A DNA stretch of 64,000 nucleotides, from NCBI GenBank assembly GCA_964016885.1, contig OZ024744.1, forward strand, positions 22,382,001 through 22,446,000, given 5' to 3'. This document shows positions 1-10,800 of the stretch, piece by piece (position 1 is the stretch's first letter; each line of letters opens with the position of its first letter). The stretch is from Eledone cirrhosa. Taxonomy: Eukaryota. The position numbers were made by a program, and so were the translations under genes. The notes under the pieces were generated by a model. It searched no databases. It was not told the DNA's origin and saw only the letters and a program-made list of their open reading frames with translations.

Positions 1-319
1 CATAGATAACATAGGGTGAGATGTCGTCGTGGTGGTCAGTTAGGTTGACATAGATAACATAGGTGGTATGTTGTCATGGTCAGTTAGGTTGACATAGATA
101 ACATAGGTGGGATGTTGTCGTGGTGGTCAGTTAGGTTGACATAGATAACATAGAGTGAGATGTTGTCGTGGTGGTCTTTTAGGTTGACATTGATAACATA
201 GGTGGGATGTTGTTGTGGTGTTCAGTTAGGTTGACATAGATAACATAGGTGGGATGTTGTCGTGGTGGTCAGTTAGGTTGACATAGATAACATAGGTGGG
301 ATGTTGTCGTGGTGGTCAG

Positions 320-3300
320 TTACGTTGACATAGATAACATAGAGTGATATGTTGTCGTGGTGGTCAGTTAGGTTGACATAGATAACAGAGTGATATGTTG
401 TCGTGGTGGTCAGTTAGGTTGACATAGATAATATTGGTGGGATGTTGTCGTGGTCAGTTAGGTTGACAGATAATATTGGTGGGATGTTGTCGTGGTCAGT
501 TAGGTTGACATAGATAACATAGAGTGAGATGTTGTCGTGGTGGTCAGTTCGGTTGACATAGATAACATAGAGTGAGATGTTGTCGTGGTGGTCAGTTAGG
601 TTGACATAGATAACATAGAGTGAGATGTTGTCGTGGTGGTCAGTTAGGTTGACATAGATAACATAGAGTGAGATGTTGTCGTGGTCAGTTAGTTTGACAT
701 AGATAACATAGGTGGGATGTTGTCGTGGTCAGTTAGGTTGACATAGATAACATAGGTGGGATGTTGTCGTGGTGGTCAGTTAGGTTGACATAGATTACAT
801 AGGTGGGATGTTGACATGGTCAGTTAGGTTGACGTAGATAACATAGAGTGAGATGTTGTCGTGGTGGTCAGTTAGGTTGGCATAGATACCATAGAGTGAG
901 ATGTTGTCGTGGTGGTCAGTTAGGTTGACATAGATAACATAGGTGGGATGTTGTCATGGTCAGTTAGGTTGCCATAGATAACATAGAGTGAGATGATGTC
1001 GTGATGGTCAGTTAGTTTGACATTGATAAAATAGAGTGAGATGTTGTCGTAGTGGTCAGTTAGGTTGACATAGATAACATAGGTGAGATGTTGTCGTGGT
1101 GGTCAGTTAGGTTGACATAGATAACATAGGTGGGATGTTGTCGTGGTGGTCAGTTAGGTTGACATAGATAATATAGGTTGGATATTGTCGTGGTAGTCAG
1201 TTATGTTGACATAGATAACATAGAGTGAGATGTTGTCGTGGTGGTCAGTTAGCTTGACATAGATAACATAGAGTGAGATGTTGTCGTGGTGGTCAGTTAG
1301 GTTGACATAGATAACATAGAGTGAGATGTTGTCGTGGTGGTCAGTTAGGTTGACATAGATAACATGGAGTGAGATGTTGTCGTGGTGGTCAGTTAGGTTG
1401 ACATAGATAACATAGGGTGAGATGTTGTCGTGGTGGTCAGTTAGGTTGACATAGATAACATAGGGTGAGATGTTGTCGTGGTGGTCAGTTAGGTTGAAAT
1501 AGATAACATAGGTGGGATGTTGTTATGGTCAGTTAGGTTGACATAGATAACATATGTGGGATGTTGTCCTGGTGGTCAGTTAGGTTGACATACATAACAT
1601 AGAGTGAGATGTTGTCGTGGTGGTCAGTTAGGTTGACATAGATAACATATTTGAGATGTTGTCGCGGTCGGTTAGGTTGACATAGATAACATAGAGTGAG
1701 ATGTTGTCGTGGTGGTCAGTTAGGTTGACATAGATAACATAGGTGGGATGTTGTCGTGGTCAGTTAGATTGACATAGATAACATAGGTGGGATGTTGTCG
1801 TGGTCAGTTAGGTTGATATAGATAACATTGAGTGAGATGTTGTCGTCGTGGTCAGTTAGGTTGACATAGATAATATAGAGTGAGATGTTGTCGTGGTCAG
1901 TTAGGTTGACATATATAACATAGAGTGAGATGTTGTCGTGGTGGTCAGTTAGGTTGACATAGATAACATAGGTGGGATGTTGTCGTGGTGGTCAGTTAGT
2001 TTGACATAGAGAACATAGGTGAGATGTTGTCGTGGTGGTCAGTTAGGTTGACATAGATAACATAGAGTGAGATGTTGTCGTGGTGGTCAGTTAGGTTGAC
2101 ATAGATAACATAGAGTGAGATGTTGTCGTGGTGGTCAGTTAGGTTGACATAGATAACATGGGTGGGATGTTGTCATGGTCAGTTAGGTTGCCATAGATAA
2201 CATAGAGTGAGATGATGTCGTGATGGTCAGTTAGTTTGACATTGATAACATAGAGTGAGATGTTGTCGTGGTGGTCAGTTAGGTTGACATAGATAACATA
2301 GGTGAGATGTTGTCGTGGTGGTCAGTTAGGTTGACATAGATAACATAGGTGGGATGTTGTCGTGGTGGTCAGTTAGGTTGACATAGATAATATAGGTTGG
2401 ATATTGTCGTGGTAGTCAGTTATGTTGACATAGATAACATAGAGTGAGATGTTGTCGTGGTGGTCAGTTAGGTTGACATAGATAACATAGAGTGAGATGT
2501 TGTCGTGGTGGTCAGTTAGGTTGACATAGATAACATAGGTGGAATGTTGTCGTGGTGGTCAGTTAGTTTGACATAGAGAACATAGGTGAGATGTTGTCGT
2601 GGTGGTCAGTTAGGTTGACATAGATAACATAGAGTGAGATGTTGTCGTGGTGGTCAGTTAGGTTGACATAGATAACATAGAGTGAGATGTTGTCGTGGTG
2701 GTCAGTTAGGTTGACATCGATAACATAGGTGGGATGTTGTCGTGGTGGTCAGTTAGGTTGACATAGATAACATAGAGTGAGATGTTGTCGTGGTGGTCAG
2801 TTACGTTGACATAGATAACATAGAGTGATATGTTGTCGTGGTGGTCAGTTAGGTTGACATAGATAACAGAGTGATATGTTGTCGTGGTGGTCAGTTAGGT
2901 TGACATAGATAATATTGGTGGGATGTTGTCGTGGTCAGTTAGGTTGACAGATAATATTGGTGGGATGTTGTCGTGGTCAGTTAGGTTGACATAGATAACA
3001 TAGAGTGAGATGTTGTCGTGGTGGTCAGTTCGGTTGACATAGATAACATAGAGTGAGATGTTGTCGTGGTGGTCAGTTAGGTTGACATAGATAACATAGA
3101 GTGAGATGTTGTCGTGGTGGTCAGTTAGGTTGACATAGATAACATAGGTGGGATGTTGTCATGGTCAGTTAGGTTGCCATAGATAACATAGAGTGAGATG
3201 ATGTCGTGATGGTCAGTTAGTTTGACATTGATAACATAGAGTGAGATGTTGTCGTGGTGGTCAGTTAGGTTGACATAGATAACATAGGTGAGATGTTGTC

Positions 3301-6250
3301 GTGGTGGTCAGTTAGGTTGACATAGATAACATAGGTGGGATGTTGTCGTGGTGGTCAGTTAGGTTGACATAGATAATATAGGTTGGATATTGTCGTGGTA
3401 GTCAGTTATGTTGACATAGATAACATAGAGTGAGATGTTGTCGTGGTGGTCAGTTAGGTTGACATAGATAACATAGAGTGAGATGTTGTCGTGGTGGTCA
3501 GTTAGGTTGACATAGATAACATAGGTGGAATGTTGTCGTGGTGGTCAGTTAGTTTGACATAGAGAACATAGGTGAGATATTGTCGTGGTGGTCAGTTAGG
3601 TTGACATAGATAACATAGAGTGAGATGTTGTCGTGGTGGTCAGTTAGGTTGACATAGATAACATAGAGTGAGATGTTGTCGTGGTGGTCAGTTAGGTTGA
3701 CATCGATAACATAGGTGGGATGTTGTCGTGGTGGTCAGTTAGGTTGACATAGATAACATAGAGTGAGATGTTGTCGTGGTGGTCAGTTACGTTGACATAG
3801 ATAACATAGAGTGATATGTTGTCGTGGTGGTCAGTTAGGTTGACATAGATAACAGAGTGATATGTTGTCGTGGTGGTCAGTTAGGTTGACATAGATAATA
3901 TTGGTGGGATGTTGTCGTGGTCAGTTAGGTTGACAGATAATATTGGTGGGATGTTGTCGTGGTCAGTTAGGTTGACATAGATAACATAGAGTGAGATGTT
4001 GTCGTGGTGGTCAGTTCGGTTGACATAGATAACATAGAGTGAGATGTTGTCGTGGTGGTCAGTTAGGTTGACATAGATAACATAGAGTGAGATGTTGTCG
4101 TGGTGGTCAGTTAGGTTGACATAGATAACATAGAGTGAGATGTTGTCGTGGTCAGTTAGTTTGACATAGATAACATAGGTGGGATGTTGTCGTGGTCAGT
4201 TAGGTTGACATAGATAACATAGGTGGGATGTTGTCGTGGTGGTCAGTTAGGTTGACATAGATTACATAGGTGGGATGTTGACATGGTCAGTTAGGTTGAC
4301 GTAGATAACATAGAGTGAGATGTTGTCGTGGTGGTCAGTTAGGTTGGCATAGATACCATAGAGTGAGATGTTGTCGTGGTGGTCAGTTAGGTTGACATAG
4401 ATAACATAGGTGGGATGTTGTCATGGTCAGTTAGGTTGCCATAGATAACATAGAGTGAGATGATGTCGTGATGGTCAGTTAGTTTGACATTGATAACATA
4501 GAGTGAGATGTTGTCGTGGTGGTCAGTTAGGTTGACATAGATAACATAGGTGAGATGTTGTCGTGGTGGTCAGTTAGGTTGACATAGATAACATAGGTGG
4601 GATGTTGTCGTGGTGGTCAGTTAGGTTGACATAGATAATATAGGTTGGATATTGTCGTGGTAGTCAGTTATGTTGACATAGATAACATAGAGTGAGATGT
4701 TGTCGTGGTGGTCAGTTAGCTTGACATAGATAACATAGAGTGACATGTTGTCGTGGTGGTCAGTTAGGTTGACATAGATAACATAGAGTGAGATGTTGTC
4801 GTGGTGGTCAGTTAGGTTGACATAGATAACATGGAGTGAGATGTTGTCGTGGTGGTCAGTTAGGTTGACATAGATAACATAGGGTGAGATGTTGTCGTGG
4901 TGGTCAGTTAGGTTGACATAGATAACATAGGGTGAGATGTTGTCGTGGTGGTCAGTTAGGTTGAAATAGATAACATAGGTGGGATGTTGTCATGGTCAGT
5001 TAGGTTGACATAGATAACATATGTGGGATGTTGTCCTGGTGGTCAGTTAGGTTGACATACATAACATAGAGTGAGATGTTGTCGTGGTGGTCAGTTAGGT
5101 TGACATAGATAACATATTTGAGATGTTGTCGCGGTCGGTTAGGTTGACATAGATAACATAGAGTGAGATGTTGTCGTGGTGGTCAGTTAGGTTGACATAG
5201 ATAACATAGGTGGGATGTTGTCGTGGTCAGTTAGATTGACATAGATAACATAGGTGGGATGTTGTCGTGGTCAGTTAGGTTGATATAGATAACATTGAGT
5301 GAGATGTTGTCGTCGTGGTCAGTTAGGTTGACATAGATAATATAGAGTGAGATGTTGTCGTGGTCAGTTAGGTTGACATATATAACATAGAGTGAGATGT
5401 TGTCGTGGTGGTCAGTTAGGTTGACATAGATAACATAGGTGGGATGTTGTCGTGGTGGTCAGTTAGTTTGACATAGAGAACATAGGTGAGATGTTGTCGT
5501 GGTGGTCAGTTAGGTTGACATAGATAACATAGAGTGAGATGTTGTCGTGGTGGTCAGTTAGGTTGACATAGATAACATAGAGTGAGATGTTGTCGTGGTG
5601 GTCAGTTAGGTTGACATAGATAACATAGGTGGGATGTTGTCATGGTCAGTTAGGTTGCCATAGATAACATAGAGTGAGATGATGTCGTGATGGTCAGTTA
5701 GTTTGACATTGATAACATAGAGTGAGATGTTGTCGTGGTGGTCAGTTAGGTTGACATAGATAACATAGGTGAGATGTTGTCGTGGTGGTCAGTTAGGTTG
5801 ACATAGATAACATAGGTGGGATTTTGTCGTGGTGGTCAGTTAGGTTGACATAGATAATATAGGTTGGATATTGTCGTGGTAGTCAGTTATGTTGACATAG
5901 ATAACATAGAGTGAGATGTTGTCGTGGTGGTCAGTTAGGTTGACATAGATAACATAGAGTGAGATGTTGTCGTGGTGGTCAGTTAGGTTGACATAGATAA
6001 CATAGGTGGAATGTTGTCGTGGTGGTCAGTTAGTTTGACATAGAGAACATAGGTGAGATGTTGTCGTGGTGGTCAGTTAGGTTGACATAGATAACATAGA
6101 GTGAGATGTTGTCGTGGTGGTCAGTTAGGTTGACATAGATAACATAGAGTGAGATGTTGTCGTGGTGGTCAGTTAGGTTGACATCGATAACATAGGTGGG
6201 ATGTTGTCGTGGTGGTCAGTTAGGTTGACATAGATAACATAGAGTGAGAT
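320..6250 (+). repeat. Higher-order duplication, offset 3,467 bp (~320-2,790 repeated at ~3,790-6,250), with a nested 986-bp tandem duplication (~2,150-4,120)
   Basis: Offset 3467: TACG 321/3788, TTGAAAT 1497/4964, CATCGAT 2718/6185. Offset 986: GTTGCC 2191/3177, CATCGAT 2718/3704, TACG 2802/3788. Confidence 0.85.
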
Positions 6251-6959
6251 GTTGTCGTGGTGGTCTTTTAGGTTGACATTGATAACATAGGTGGAATGTT
6301 GTCGTGGTGGTCAGTTAGGTTGATATAGATAACATAGAGTGAGATGTTGTCGTGGTGGTCAGTTACGTTGACATAGATAACATAGGTGGGATGTTGTCGT
6401 GGTGGTCAGTTAGGTTGACATAGATAACAGGTTGGATATTGTCGTGGTAGTCAGTTAGGTTGACATAGATAACGTAGAGTGAGATGTTGTCGTGGTGGTC
6501 AGTTAGCTTGACATAGATAACATAGAGTGAGATGTTGTCGTGGTGGTCAGTTAGGTTGACATAGATAACATAGAGTGAGATGTTGTCGTGGTGGTCAGTT
6601 AGGTTGACATAGATAACATGGAGTGAGATGTTGTCGTGGTGGTCAGTTAGGTTGACATAGATAACATAGGGTGAGATGTTGTCGTGGTGGTCAGTTAGGT
6701 TGACATAGATAACATAGGGTGAGATGTCGTCGTGGTGGTCAGTTAGGTTGACATAGATAACATAGGTGGTATGTTGTCATGGTCAGTTATGTTGACATAG
6801 ATAACATAGGTGGGATGTTGTCCTGGTGGTCAGTTAGGTTGACATAGATAACATAGAGTGAGATGTTGTCGTGGTGGTCAGTTAGTTTGATATACATAAC
6901 ATAGAGTGATATGTTGTCGTGGTGGTCAGTTAGGTTGACATAGATAACATAGAGTGAGA

Positions 6960-7830
6960 TGTTGTCGTGGTGGTCAGTTAGGTTGACATAGATAACATAG
7001 AGTGAGATGTTGTCGTGGTGGTCTTTTAGGTTGACATTGATAACATAGGTGGGATGTTGTCGTGGTGGTCAGTTAGGTTGACATAGATAACATAGGTGGG
7101 ATGTTGTCGTGGTGGTCAGTTACGTTGACATAGATAACATAGAGTGATATGTTGTCGTGGTGGTCAGTTAGGTTGACATAGATAACAGAGTGATATGTTG
7201 TCGTGGTGGTCAGTTAGATTGACATACATAATATTGGTGGGATGTTGTCGTGGTCAGTTAGATTGACATAGATAACATAGGTGGGATGTTGTCGTGGTCA
7301 GTTAGGTTGACATAGATAACATTGAGTGAGATGTTGTCGTCGTGGTCAGTTAGGTTGACATAGATAACATAGGTGGGATGTTGTCGTGGTGGTCAGTTAG
7401 TTTGACATAGAGAACATAGGTGAGATGTTGTCGTGGTGGTCAGTTAGGTTGACATAGATAACATAGAGTGAGATGTTGTCGTGGTGGTCAGTTAGGTTGA
7501 CATAGATAACATAGAGTGAGATGTTGTCGTGGTGGTCAGTTAGGTTGACATAGATAACATAGAGTGAGATGTTGTCGTGGTGGTCTTTTAGGTTGACATT
7601 GATAACATAGGTGGGATGTTGTCGTGGTGGTCAGTTAGGTTGACATAGATAACATAGGTGGGATGTTGTCGTGGTGGTCAGTTACGTTGACATAGATAAC
7701 ATAGAGTGATATGTTGTCGTGGTGGTCAGTTAGGTTGACATAGATAACAGAGTGATATGTTGTCGTGGTGGTCAGTTAGATTGACATACATAATATTGGT
7801 GGGATGTTGTCGTGGTCAGTTAGGTTGACA
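6960..7830 (+). repeat. Short higher-order duplication, offset 562 bp
   Basis: GTCTTTT 7023/7585 and GACATACATAATATTGG 7221/7783. Confidence 0.7.
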
Positions 7831-10800
7831 GATAATATTGGTGGGATGTTGTCGTGGTCAGCTAGGTTGACATAGATAACATAGAGTGAGATGTTGTCGT
7901 GGTGGACAGTTCGGTTGACATAGATAACATAGAGTGAGATGTTGTCGTGGTGGTCAGTTAGGTTGACATAGATAACATAGAGTGAGATGTTGTCGTGGTG
8001 GTCAGTTAGGTTGACATAGATAACATAGAGTGAGATGTTGTCGTGGTCAGTTAGGTTGACATAGATAACATAGGTGGGATGTTGTCGTGGTCAGTTAGGT
8101 TGACATAGATAACATAGGTGGGATGTTGTCGTGGTGGTCAGTTAGGTTGACATAGATTACATAGGTGGGATGTTGACATGGTCAGTTAGGTTGACATAGA
8201 TAACATAGAGTGAGATGTTGTCGTGGTGGTCAGTTAGGTTGGCATAGATACCATAGAGTGAGATGTTGTCGTGGTGGTCAGTTAGGTTGACATAGATAAC
8301 ATAGAGTGAGATGATGTCGTGGTGGTCAGTTAGGTTGACATAGATAACATAGGTGGGATGTTGTCCTGGTGGTCAGTTAGGTTGACATACATAACATAGA
8401 GTGAGATGTTGTCGTGGTGGTCAGTTAGGTTGACATAGATAACATATTTGAGATGTTGTCGCGGTCGGTTAGGTTGACATAGATAACATAGAGTGAGATG
8501 TTGTCGTGGTGGTCAGTTAGGTTGACATAGATAACATAGGTGGGATGTTGTCGTGGTCAGTTAGATTGACATAGATAACATAGGTGGGATGTTGTCGTGG
8601 TCAGTTAGGTTGATATAGATAACATTGAGTGAGATGTTGTCGTCGTGGTCAGTTAGGTTGACATAGATAATATAGAGTGAGATGTTGTCGTGGTCAGTTA
8701 GGTTGACATATATAACATAGAGTGAGATGTTGTCGTGGTGGTCAGTTAGGTTGACATAGATAACATAGGTGGGATGTTGTCGTGGTGGTCAGTTAGTTTG
8801 ACATAGAGAACATAGGTGAGATGTTGTCGTGGTGGTCAGTTAGGTTGACATAGATAACATAGAGTGAGATGTTGTCGTGGTGGTCAGTTAGGTTGACATA
8901 GATAACATAGAGTGAGATGTTGTCGTGGTGGTCAGTTAGGTTGACATCGATAACATAGGTGGGATGTTGTCGTGGTGGTCAGTTAGGATGACATAGATAA
9001 CATAGGTGGGATGTTGTCGTGGTGGTCAGTTAGGTTGACATTGATAACATAGGTGGGATGTTGTCGTGGTGGTCAGTTAGGTTGACATAGATAATATAGG
9101 TTGGATATTGTCGTGGTAGTCAGTTATGTTGACATAGATAACATAGAGTGAGATGTTGTCGTGGTGGTCAGTTAGGTTGACATAGATAACATAGAGTGAG
9201 ATGTTGTCGTGGTGGTCAGTTAGGTTGACATAGATAACATAGGTGGAATGTTGTCGTGGTGGTCAGTTAGTTTGACATAGAGAACATAGGTGAGATGTTG
9301 TCGTGGTGGTCAGTTAGGTTGACATAGATAACATAGAGTGAGATGTTGTCGTGGTGGTCAGTTAGGTTGACATAGATAACATAGAGTGAGATGTTGTCGT
9401 GGTGGTCAGTTAGGTTGACATCGATAACATAGGTGGGATGTTGTCGTGGTGGTCAGTTAGGTTGACATAGATAACATAGAGTGAGATGTTGTCGTGGTGG
9501 TCTTTTAGGTTGACATTGATAACATAGGTGGAATGTTGTCGTGGTGGTCAGTTAGGTTGATATAGATAACATAGAGTGAGATGTTGTCGTGGTGGTCAGT
9601 TACGTTGACATAGATAACATAGGTGGGATGTTGTCGTGGTGGTCAGTTAGGTTGACATAGATAACAGGTTGGATATTGTCGTGGTAGTCAGTTAGGTTGA
9701 CATAGATAACATAGAGTGAGATGTTGTCGTGGTGGTCAGTTAGCTTGACATAGATAACATAGAGTGAGATGTTGTCGTGGTGGTCAGTTAGGTTGACATA
9801 GATAACATAGAGTGAGATGTTGTCGTGGTGGTCAGTTAGGTTGACATAGATAACATGGAGTGAGATGTTGTCGTGGTGGTCAGTTAGGTTGACATAGATA
9901 ACATAGGGTGAGATGTTGTCGTGGTGGTCAGTTAGGTTGACATAGATAACATAGGGTGAGATGTCGTCGTGGTGGTCAGTTAGGTTGACATAGATAACAT
10001 AGGTGGTATGTTGTCATGGTCAGTTATGTTGACATAGATAACATAGGTGGGATGTTGTCCTGGTGGTCAGTTAGGTTGACATAGATAACATAGAGTGAGA
10101 TGTTGTCGTGGTGGTCAGTTAGGTTGATATACATAACATAGAGTGAGATGTTGTCGTGGTGGTCAGTTAGGTTGACATAGATAACATAGGTGGGATCTTG
10201 TCGTGGTCAGTTAGATTGACATAGATAACATAGGTGGGATGTTGTCGTGGTCAGTTAGGTTGACATAGATAACATTGAGTGAGATGTTGTCGTCGTGGTC
10301 AGTTAGGTTGACATAGATAACATAGGTGGGATGTTGTCGTGGTGGTCAGTTAGTTTGACATAGAGAACATAGGTGAGATGTTGTCGTGGTGGTCAGTTAG
10401 GTTGACATAGATAACATAGAGTGAGATGTTGTCGTGGTGGTCAATTAGGTTGACATAGATAACATAGGTGGAATGTTGTCGTGGTGGTCAGTTAGTTTGA
10501 CATAGAGAACATAGGTGAGATGTTGTCGTGGTGGTCAGTTAGGTTGACATAGATAACATAGAGTGAGATGTTGTCGTGGTGGTCAGTTAGGTTGACATAG
10601 ATAACATAGAGTGAGATGTTGTCGTGGTGGTCAGTTAGGTTGACATCGATAACATAGGTGGGATGTTGTCGTGGTGGTCAGTTAGGTTGACATAGATAAC
10701 ATAGAGTGAGATGTTGTCGTGGTGGTCTTTTAGGTTGACATTGATAACATAGGTGGAATGTTGTCGTGGTGGTCAGTTAGGTTGATATAGATAACATAGA

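Noticed and set aside
136-165. Perfect sigma70 -35 box TTGACA in every monomer
   Set aside because: There is no TATAAT-like -10 at 16-18 bp spacing (GATGTT/AGATGT-like instead), no downstream gene, and the context is satellite DNA.
167-174. Chi-like CGTGGTGG
   Set aside because: It has two mismatches to E. coli Chi (GCTGGTGG) and is explained by the GTN triplet tract.
176-183. TTTTAGG variant resembling the plant telomere repeat TTTAGGG
   Set aside because: It is a single marker variant copied by block duplication in domain L. It lacks the third G and is never tandem.
248-278. G-quadruplex potential of type B monomers (GG-T-GGG...GG-T-GG...GG)
   Set aside because: Mostly GG runs with only one GGG per unit, so at best a weak two-tetrad structure competing with the hairpins. 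It cannot be supported from sequence alone.
1210-1500. Minus-strand open frame in type A monomers, (NLTDHHDNISLYVIYV)n
   Set aside because: The frame stays open only across runs of 48/45-bp units (about 6 at most). Every 47/44-bp unit shifts it into TAA, and there is no in-frame ATG. All three + frames of the A monomer contain stops. This is not a repeat-protein gene.
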